Shown here piece after piece: positions 33,958-42,800 of a DNA stretch of 52,674 nucleotides; positions within the stretch are counted from its first letter, which is position 1; each line of letters starts with the position of its first letter. Position numbers and translations under genes: made by a program. The notes under the pieces are model-generated. The model made no database searches. It had not been told where the DNA came from and saw only the letters and a program-made list of their open reading frames with translations. This DNA comes from a virus (taxonomy: Duplodnaviria > Caudoviricetes), in the IMG/VR virus record IMGVR_UViG_3300030098_003093, positions 1 to 52,674 of that record; one strand, 5' to 3'.

Positions 33958-36243
33958 ATGAAAAGAAAAAATCTTTATGGGTTTCCCAATCCATTTGCTT
34001 CCCGAGAAGAGAAGTTACAAAAAGAATATGGGCTTCAATACTTCAGACAAATTTATAGAGAATGGGAGGATGAAGGCTCTGGTATAAGTTTAATGTCTAC
34101 AAGAAATCAAAGGTATAGAAAATATAGAGAGTACGCTGAAGGAATGCAATCTGTAGACCAATATAAAGAATTAGTTGGAGCAAACGGAGATAGTTCTTAC
34201 TTAAATTTAAACTGGGAAGTTGTTCCTATCATTCCTAAATTTGTAGATGTAATTTCAGGAGGCCTTATGAATCAAGACTACAAAATTAAATGTACAGCAA
34301 TTGACCCTTTTTCTGTAGATAAAAGAAATGAGGATAAATGGGAAATGGTAACAAAAATGGAGCTTAAAGATTTTATGGAAGAAATGTCTGGGTTAAGCGG
34401 GCTGCCTATGAATGAAGGGTTTAAAGATTTGCCAGAAACTTCAGAAGAACTAGACCTGTACATGCAATTAAATTACAAGCAAGCTACAGAAATAGCAATG
34501 GAAGAAGGTATAGAATTAACAATGTATCTTAATGATTGGGAAGAGGTAAAGAAAAGAATCATAAGAGATTTAATAGTTTTAAATATAGGAGTATGTAAAA
34601 CAGGTGTTGAAAACGGAAAAATAACAATACGTTATGTAGACCCTATAAATTTTGTATCTTCACATTCTTCTAGGCCAGATTTTAAAAACATGGAGTATGC
34701 TGGAGAGGTTATATATATAACTATACATGATTTAAAAAGAATGGCTGGAGACCAATTTAGCGAAGATGAATATCAAGAAATTGCACAATCAGTTTTAGGA
34801 AAGCATGGAAACCCTAAAAGTATTTCTACTACAACTGTAAATTATAATGGTTTTGAAACTACAGAATATGATACTTATAAAATAGCTGTATTAGATGGTG
34901 TGTTTAAATGCACAGATTCTACTAATTATGAAAAGAAGCAAAATAAATATGGGGGTTATTCTGTAAATAAAAAATCTTCTAATTATAAACCGCCTAAAAG
35001 CCCTAGGTATAAAAGAGAGCAAGTAAAGTCTTCTGTTGAAATGATATATAAAGGTAAATATATAGTTGGTACAGATTTCTTATTTGATTATGGTATTGCT
35101 GAAAATATTGTAAGACCTAAAAGTCATTTAGAAAAAGCTTTGATGCCTTTTTGTGTTTATGCTCCTAATATTATAAATATGAATAATAAAGGATTAGTGG
35201 AAAGAATGATTCCTTTTGCAGACCAAATACAATTGTCTCATTTAAAGATGCAACATCTTATTTCTAAAGTAAAACCAAAAGGTTCTGCTATTGAGTTAGG
35301 GGCTATAGAAAATGTAGGCAAAGGAGATGGTGGTACTTTTACACCTATAGAAGTTCAAGATATATATCAGCAAACTGGTAATTTATATTACAGAATTCAG
35401 CAAGATGACGGAACTCCTGGCAACTCTACCCCTATACAAGAACTAGGAGGAGGAATTGGAGGCGCTTTACAAGAGTTAATAGCAATCTATCAGTACAACT
35501 TACAGATGATTAGAGATGTAACTGGTATTAACGAAATTAGAGCTGCAGAACAACCAGACAAAGAATCTTTAGTAGGTGTTCAAAAAATGGCTTTATTAGC
35601 TTCCAATAATGCTACCAGATGGTTAAATCAAGCTTATTTAAATATTACACAAAATATGTGTAAAAGTATTGCTTTAAGAGTTCAAGATTTAGTTAACTAC
35701 TCAGGACCTTACAAAGGATATATTCAAGCTATTGGAGAGTTTAATATGAAAGCTATTGAGGTGACAAAAGATGTCACTTTGGCAGACTTTGGCATTATGA
35801 TTGAGCCTTTACCAGATGATGAGGAGAAGGCTATATTAGAACAAAACATACAAATGTCTTTGCAACAACAACAATTAAGATTAGAGGATGCTATTATGAT
35901 TAGAACAATTCCTAATGTTAAATTAGCAAATCAATTATTAGTTTTAAGAAGAAAAAAATACGCAACAGAACAACAAGAAATGGCAATGGCAAATGCTCAA
36001 GCAAATGCACAGCAACAACAAGCTTCTGTTGCAGCAAAAGCTCAAGCTGACGCTCAATTAAAACAAATGGAGGCTCAATCAGAAATGCAAAAAATGCAAG
36101 CCGAGTTTCAGATGAAAGAAGCGTTTGCAGAAGCAGAGCATAAAAGAAAACTTATTGAGTTAGAATATCAAGGAAGTATTAAATCTGACCATATTAAATT
36201 AGCAGAGGATGATTCTGACCTTGTAAGAACAAAAGTAAAATAA
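33958..36243 (+). CDS. Portal protein
   Basis: Follows TerL; SYLNLNWEVVPIIPKFVDV, IRDVTGINE, Q/A-rich helical C-terminal barrel. Confidence 0.85.
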   Translation: MKRKNLYGFPNPFASREEKLQKEYGLQYFRQIYREWEDEGSGISLMSTRNQRYRKYREYAEGMQSVDQYKELVGANGDSSYLNLNWEVVPIIPKFVDVISGGLMNQDYKIKCTAIDPFSVDKRNEDKWEMVTKMELKDFMEEMSGLSGLPMNEGFKDLPETSEELDLYMQLNYKQATEIAMEEGIELTMYLNDWEEVKKRIIRDLIVLNIGVCKTGVENGKITIRYVDPINFVSSHSSRPDFKNMEYAGEVIYITIHDLKRMAGDQFSEDEYQEIAQSVLGKHGNPKSISTTTVNYNGFETTEYDTYKIAVLDGVFKCTDSTNYEKKQNKYGGYSVNKKSSNYKPPKSPRYKREQVKSSVEMIYKGKYIVGTDFLFDYGIAENIVRPKSHLEKALMPFCVYAPNIINMNNKGLVERMIPFADQIQLSHLKMQHLISKVKPKGSAIELGAIENVGKGDGGTFTPIEVQDIYQQTGNLYYRIQQDDGTPGNSTPIQELGGGIGGALQELIAIYQYNLQMIRDVTGINEIRAAEQPDKESLVGVQKMALLASNNATRWLNQAYLNITQNMCKSIALRVQDLVNYSGPYKGYIQAIGEFNMKAIEVTKDVTLADFGIMIEPLPDDEEKAILEQNIQMSLQQQQLRLEDAIMIRTIPNVKLANQLLVLRRKKYATEQQEMAMANAQANAQQQQASVAAKAQADAQLKQMEAQSEMQKMQAEFQMKEAFAEAEHKRKLIELEYQGSIKSDHIKLAEDDSDLVRTKVK

Positions 36244-36266
36244 TAGGAATATTCAAAAACTTTTTG

Positions 36267-36274
36267 TATATTTG
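36267..36274 (+). promoter_or_regulatory. -7 element TATATTTG
   Basis: Upstream of the scaffold/capsid operon. Confidence 0.75.
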
Positions 36275-36306
36275 CGTAAGTTAAATTTAAATTAAAGAAA
36301 AAAATT

Positions 36307-37401
36307 ATGGAAGAAAACAGATTTGAGGAGTTAGTGGCTAAAAATATGGGTGCTAAAATAGAAACCGAAAAAGCTCCTGCTGAAGAAGTTAAACAAGAAG
36401 CACCAAAACAAGAAACTGCAACTGAAGAAAAAACAGAAGCAGTTAAAGAAGATAGTTCTTTAAAAACGGAGGAAACTCCAACGAAAACGGAGGAAACTCC
36501 AACGGAAGAAAAAAACACTCAATCTGAAGGTGAGGCTGTTACCAAACAACCTAGTTTTGAAGAATTGTTAAGCGAAAAGTTTGACGGTAAATACAAAACG
36601 GTTGAAGAGTTACAATCAGCTTTATCATCACAAAGTGCTTCTAGCGAAGATGCTTTTGCTAACGAACAGATAGCAAAATTAAATGAATATGTCGCTAAAG
36701 GAGGTAGCATGGAAGAGTTTTTTAGTACTCAAACGGCTAATTATGAGGAAATGGATACTGAAAATGTTGTGAAAAGTCACATGAAGTTTAAGAATCCAGA
36801 ATTAACTATGGAAGAAATTGGTCTTTTATATGAAGATACATATAAGCTAGATGAGGACGAATATACGGATAAAGAAGTTAAGTTGTCTAAGATTAAACTT
36901 AAGCAAAAGTCTTTAGAGGCTAGAAAAGAGCTTATGAAATTTCAAAGCGATAACGCTATTCCTAAAACTGCAAAAGATGCAGAAGCTGAAAGGCTAGCTT
37001 TAGAAGAAAACCAAGCAAATTGGAGGTCTAGAGTTAATGAAGGATTAAAAGATTTTCAAGAAGTAAGTTTTGATTTAAACGATAAAGGAGATAAATATAC
37101 TTTTGCTGTAAATGAAGATTCTATGAAGTACGTTAAAAATACAACTTCTAATCTTTCTGACTTCTGGAAAAGATATGTAAAAGAAGACGGTAGTGAAGAT
37201 ATTGGAAAAATAGCAAGAGAAATGGCTATTCTTGAAAATGTTGACAATATAGTAAGAAGTGCATATGCTCAAGGAAAGTCTGGAGGGAAAGAAGATGTAA
37301 TTAATGACATTAAAAATCCATCATATACACCAGAAAGTAAATCTAGCGACGGAACGCCATTATCCATACAAGAACAGATTAGTAAGCAATTACTAGAATA
37401 A
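36307..37401 (+). CDS. Putative capsid scaffolding protein
   Basis: Acidic, helical, between portal and capsid genes. Confidence 0.65.
   Translation: MEENRFEELVAKNMGAKIETEKAPAEEVKQEAPKQETATEEKTEAVKEDSSLKTEETPTKTEETPTEEKNTQSEGEAVTKQPSFEELLSEKFDGKYKTVEELQSALSSQSASSEDAFANEQIAKLNEYVAKGGSMEEFFSTQTANYEEMDTENVVKSHMKFKNPELTMEEIGLLYEDTYKLDEDEYTDKEVKLSKIKLKQKSLEARKELMKFQSDNAIPKTAKDAEAERLALEENQANWRSRVNEGLKDFQEVSFDLNDKGDKYTFAVNEDSMKYVKNTTSNLSDFWKRYVKEDGSEDIGKIAREMAILENVDNIVRSAYAQGKSGGKEDVINDIKNPSYTPESKSSDGTPLSIQEQISKQLLE
36463..36504 (+). repeat. 21-bp perfect tandem duplication (KTEETPT x2)
   Basis: AAAACGGAGGAAACTCCAACG occurs twice. Confidence 0.9.
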
Positions 37402-37434
37402 ATTAATTATTAACGAATATAAAAATTAAAAAAA

Positions 37435-38829
37435 ATGGCATATTCAAGCGGAACGGGTTATGCGAATGGAATTCCTAGTGCATTCCAAGTAGCAACCCAA
37501 GAAAACTATGTGTCTACAATTAATGTTCACATGCCAGAAAAGGCAGAAGACTTTATTTCTAGATACGGAGACCAATCTTTAACAGGATTTTTGGACTCAA
37601 TGGGAGCTATGGCTCCAACTGCTCAAAAAAAATACGAGCACTATGAAGATGATTGGATTCATCAAAATTTTAAACTAGAGGCAGGTGCTACTGTAGCTGT
37701 TGCTGGTACAACTGTTACTTTAGCTGATGCATCGTCTTCTGACGGTACATCATCAGGTAAATTCTTTTTAAGAGTTGGTGATGTTGTAATGTCTCCTCTA
37801 GGAGAGTTAGCTCTTTGTACTGAGCGTGCAGCTAATAATACTGCAAAATTAGTTGCGTATAATTCAGCATGGACTGCAACTACTACAGCTCAAACATTAA
37901 TCATTATTGGTAATGAGTGGGGTGAGAGTACTAATCAGCCAGAAGGAATTACTCCTGTTGCTAATCACTACTTTAACTACACAATGATTATGAAAGAATC
38001 ATTTGATGTTTCTGGTTCTGAAGCAACTAACAAAACTTGGTTTAAAGTTAACGACCCTAATACAGGTCAATCTGGTTACCTTTGGTACTTAAAAGGTGAG
38101 GCTGATACTTACAAGCGTTTTATGAACTATTGTGAGACTATGATGCTTCAAGGTAAGATTGCTACAAACTCAAACGCTGCTTTACAAGCTGGTCAAACTG
38201 CTGGTTCTATTGGTGCGGGTGGTATTACAGGTTCTGAAGGACTTATTGAGTTTATTAGAACAGGTAATACTCAAACTTATAACCAATTAGCTGGATTTAA
38301 CTTATCTGATTTTGACTCAATGATTAGAACTTTAGACACTAATAGAGGTGCTAAAGAAAATACTATGTGGTGTGGTATTGACTTATCATTAGCTATTGAC
38401 GATGCAGTTGCAGCTATGTTTGCAGGTGGTGGTATTTCTTATGGCGCATTTAATGGTGCTGAAGAAATCGCTGTAGCATTCGGATTTAAATCTTTCACTA
38501 GAGGTGGTTATACGTTCCATAAGAAAACTTATGATGCGTTTAATTACTTACCTATGTTTGGTGCTGATGGATACAATTACGCTGGAATGGGAATGGTTAT
38601 TCCAGGTGATATGAGAAAAGATGCAAAAACAGGTTCATCTATACCTTCTTTAAGAGTTAGATATAAAGAAGCAGGAGGATACTCAAGAAAAATGGAACAC
38701 TGGTTAACAGGTTCTGCTGGTCTTGCAAATCCAACTAATGAGACTGATAATATGGAAGTACACTACAGAACTGAAAGAGGTTTTGAAGGATTCGCTTCTA
38801 ATAGATTTATCTTGTTAGAAAGAGCTTAA
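37435..38829 (+). CDS. Major capsid protein
   Basis: 464 aa, strongly biased codons, position after scaffold, followed by a terminator; RYGDQSLTGFL, GFKSFTRGGYTFHK, YRTERG. Confidence 0.85.
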   Translation: MAYSSGTGYANGIPSAFQVATQENYVSTINVHMPEKAEDFISRYGDQSLTGFLDSMGAMAPTAQKKYEHYEDDWIHQNFKLEAGATVAVAGTTVTLADASSSDGTSSGKFFLRVGDVVMSPLGELALCTERAANNTAKLVAYNSAWTATTTAQTLIIIGNEWGESTNQPEGITPVANHYFNYTMIMKESFDVSGSEATNKTWFKVNDPNTGQSGYLWYLKGEADTYKRFMNYCETMMLQGKIATNSNAALQAGQTAGSIGAGGITGSEGLIEFIRTGNTQTYNQLAGFNLSDFDSMIRTLDTNRGAKENTMWCGIDLSLAIDDAVAAMFAGGGISYGAFNGAEEIAVAFGFKSFTRGGYTFHKKTYDAFNYLPMFGADGYNYAGMGMVIPGDMRKDAKTGSSIPSLRVRYKEAGGYSRKMEHWLTGSAGLANPTNETDNMEVHYRTERGFEGFASNRFILLERA

Positions 38830-38847
38830 TAAGCTTAGTTACTGAAA

Positions 38848-38883
38848 GAATGGGAGGGAAAGCCTCCCTCCCTTCTTTTTTTT
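38848..38883 (+). terminator. Intrinsic terminator
   Basis: GGGAGGGA...TCCCTCCC stem plus T run after the capsid gene. Confidence 0.85.
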
Positions 38884-38907
38884 ATTAATTATATTAAATT
38901 TTAGAAA

Positions 38908-39735
38908 ATGGCAAACAAAAAAAGAAAACCGACGGTATATACATTATCGTCAAAAAATGAAGCTCCTGCTACGTCAGGAAAAAATTATCCAGCTACTGCT
39001 AGGATACCATCTATAGATGAAATCTATGATGACTCAACAGAAACAAATAGAATGATTCGTTACGTTGTTGGAGAGCAATCAATATACGAAGACGAACAAA
39101 CTACAGACAATCCAATTATAGGCGATGTTGTTTTTACAAATGGAATACTTACTGTTCCTTTTAATCAAGTAAATTTGAAAAAATATTTAGAAGCTTGTAA
39201 TTATAATGCAGATAATCCAGATAGAATTGACACCATTAAGCCTTTGTTTAGTAAAGTAAATACAGAGTTTGATGCTCAAAAATCTATAAAGGCATTAGAG
39301 GTTGAATATTTAGCTACTGATACTTTAATGAAAATGGAAGCTCAAAAAATGGTAGGATATGCTAGAGCTATGGGGGTTGATGTAGATAGAAGCATGTATG
39401 AAATAAAACATGACATGATGGTTATGGCTAAAGGAAATCCAGAGTTATTTATGGAAGAAATTTCTAATCCTATGATTGAAAGAAAACAAATAATAATGGA
39501 TGCTTTAGATGAAAAATTTGTTTATGAAAATAAAGGTAAAAGACAATTTTACTGGGCAGATACTAAAGAGTTAATTTTTACTGTTCCAGTAGGGATAAAT
39601 CCTTTAGATGCTTTTACAGAATATACTTTTGACGACGAAGGAACTCCTGTGTTTTCAAGAATAAAGAGAATGCTTTCTGGAGAAAAAGAAGAAGTTAAAA
39701 CTGTAAAAAAACAATCAAAAAAGGTTAAAGTATAG
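38908..39735 (+). CDS. Conserved phage protein downstream of the capsid gene
   Basis: RMIRYV.GEQSIYEDEQ...VVFTNGILTVP pattern. Confidence 0.7.
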   Translation: MANKKRKPTVYTLSSKNEAPATSGKNYPATARIPSIDEIYDDSTETNRMIRYVVGEQSIYEDEQTTDNPIIGDVVFTNGILTVPFNQVNLKKYLEACNYNADNPDRIDTIKPLFSKVNTEFDAQKSIKALEVEYLATDTLMKMEAQKMVGYARAMGVDVDRSMYEIKHDMMVMAKGNPELFMEEISNPMIERKQIIMDALDEKFVYENKGKRQFYWADTKELIFTVPVGINPLDAFTEYTFDDEGTPVFSRIKRMLSGEKEEVKTVKKQSKKVKV

Positions 39736-39761
39736 ATTTAACTTAAATATTATTTAAAATT

Positions 39762-39792
39762 AGGGGATATTTATACGTATCCCCTTTTTTTT
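39762..39792 (+). terminator. Intrinsic terminator
   Basis: AGGGGATA...TATCCCCT plus T run. Confidence 0.85.
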
Positions 39793-39807
39793 ATCCAATT
39801 ATTTTTG

Positions 39808-39815
39808 TATATTTG
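39808..39815 (+). promoter_or_regulatory. -7 element TATATTTG
   Basis: Upstream of ATG 39850. Confidence 0.75.
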
Positions 39816-39849
39816 TGGTTAGTCTTAGATATTATTTAAATAAAATTAC

Positions 39850-42800
39850 ATGGCAGTACTATCCGCTTACTCTTATCTTTTTGAAGTAAATCCAACAGAC
39901 CAAACTACAGGTCTTGGAAAAAACGGAGACCATAGCGCTAATTATGGGTCAGCTAATACAGGGGCAGCATTAACAACAGGAAATTGGTCTCCTCCTGCAG
40001 GTCATCAAGGGGGTACTTTTGCTGCAAATAATACTACTAACCCTCCTACTCCTGGGGGTGTTTCAGGTAGGGGTGGTAAAACAACAGTAAGGGTTACTAT
40101 CGCTATAGATAGAAGTAATTTTAAACCTGCACTTGGGCCTACTGGTTCTGGATTAGAAAGACCAATAGCTCCAAAAATGCTAGAAATACAAGATATTACT
40201 GGAGATGGTATTTATCCAAGCTTACAACATTTTCCTGGTGGGCAATATAATCATCCTTTAGGTTTGAATGCAGGTGGTGCCTCGTCAGGAGAGTACCGAG
40301 TTCTTGATTATGTTGATGACGGAAAATTTCATGAAGCTTTAACTGCTGGTTCTACAGGTCATAGTACTTATCAGGGAGGAGGGATACCTCCGACATCAGG
40401 AGAAAGAACATTTCAAGTAGAATTTACTAATGGTCATATAGAAACTATTACTGTTTTTGTTTTAGGAAGAAATGCCTTATACCATGAAGGGGAAGACATT
40501 ACAGATATTGCTATTGATACAAATCTTCCTAGTTTTTACGGTAATGGAATGACTCATACAGGAGCGGGAAATGTTAGTACATATTCTACACTAGATAGTG
40601 AAAGTGTATCTGTTGGTAAATTTTCTGGCGGTGAATCTGCAATACGAATGAATTATAACACCCTAAGCCCTCCTAGCAGCGGAACTCCAGCAGGATGGCC
40701 TGTTAATACAATTTTAAATAGCCCTTCAATGGGTAGTACTGATGCATATTGTGGGGGTTATGAACCTAGAATGCTGGTTGGTAGTCAATCATTAATAGGT
40801 CACCCTAATTTAAAATGGGGAACAACTATTGAGCCTGGAGGTTGTAGCGGTTCTTGTTGGGACGGAACTCCTAAGTCGTTAGTTATGGCCGCTAAGGTTG
40901 TGCAAGATGACGACGAAAGATTTGCTGGAATTACAGATTTTGTATTGCACGATATAGCATCCTTAAACTCAGGTTTTGGTTCATCAGGAAATAAAGTTTA
41001 TTCTGGGGTGCCTCATAACTGGGTTGGTTATGCTAAATTTAATAGTGGTTGGAGTCAACCATCATTAATAGCCGGTCAATATCCACCTTTAAATATGCTA
41101 GGGACTCCTACTGGTAGTAATTTTACTGCTAATTTAGATAATACATATATTGATTTTAATAATAATAGTTTAGATAAAAATTCTTACTTTAGAATACCTG
41201 CTAGCCCTATAAGTGTAAATAACTCTGCAGGCTCTTTAGATACAGAGATAAGAGAAATTTTTCTACATGAAGATTCATGGATTATAGGAACGGTTGGAGG
41301 TCTTTACGAACCAACATCTACTTATGATGCTGTTGTTACTGCAATGTCAGGTGTTAATACGGGAAGTAGTCCAGGAACAGAGAGTTTTAGCTCTGCAGTT
41401 TCCCACACTTATAAATATATTGAAGATGATGTGGATGACCCTTGTAGGAATTTTTCAGTTTCTAATGTTCCTTATACAACTACGGATGAAACTTCAGTTG
41501 GAGCTAACGATGGAACTTTTAGTATAAGTCTTCCGGCTTCAGGTGCGCCTTATAATATAACTATAACAGATAGTTCGGGGACTGTTGTAGGTACTAACAA
41601 TACAGCTTCTAATTTAGCTCCAGGAATGTACACTGTTACCGTTAGAGATAATTCAGATTGTGAAGACCAAATGGCGTTTATGATTTATGCTTCTACTTCT
41701 AGTCCCTGCAACATACAGGCTACAGCAAGCGCATCTATAAAATGTGCCGGGCTATCAACTTTAACTATAAATACTAATCAACCGACAAGTTCTTGGAAAA
41801 CAACTTGGAAAGACCCTTCAGGGGTAGTAATTCCTGTGTTAGGAAACATTTATCAACCACAAGTAAGTGTAAATGCTTCTACAAATCCTGGTACATATAC
41901 GGTTGAAATAGAAGATACTAATTTTGCTTCAGGGGTATGTGTTTTACTTCTTTCAATACCAAATGTTTCTGCTACTGCAATAAACTTAAGCGCAACAGCA
42001 ACAGATGTTACTGTTTTTGGTGGTTCTGATGGAACAGCTACTGCTTTAACTTCTGGAGGGACACCTCCTTTTAATTACTCTTGGAGTAATGGTGCTACTA
42101 CTCAACTTATATCTAATTTAACTGCAGGAACTTATAGCGTAACTGTTACAGATAGTTCTAATTGTACGACTACAGCTAGTGTTACAGTTGGGCAACCTGT
42201 AACCAAGCCAGTTAACGCAAAATGTTTAGATGTTTGCTTAGATTTAGATAATGGAGTGTTTGATTTTGTTGATAATAATGATTATTCTCCAGCAGGCCCA
42301 CAATTACCTTATAGAATTGCTTTAACAATAGAGCATTCAAACGGAACAATAGTTCACCCTGGTTCTTTAGGAAATCCTGATATATTTTCGGATTCAAATT
42401 TAAGCAATGTAAGAACTTACAATTACAATATAAAATACGGTCAAAACAATAAAATACAAATACCATCTAGTAGTGGAAATTATATTTCTGATGTTTATAA
42501 AGTAACAACAGAATGGAATTTTTCAGGAACTTCAGTTCCGGAAGTAACAAAAGTATGCTATATTAACGCTCAAGGATTAGCGATGTTTGATAATATTTCT
42601 ATTGATACATCTTTAACATATAGTTGTACTGGAGATATTATAAGTAAAGACAATACTGTTTATGGCATGAGTGGTATTCCTTTTACTATATCTAGAACTC
42701 ATAAATTATTTGGGCCTTCTACAAGTGGATTGCCAACTCCAGCTTTTACAACTGGAACAAATATGATAACTCATTCTTTATACGAAGGAACTTGGGATAA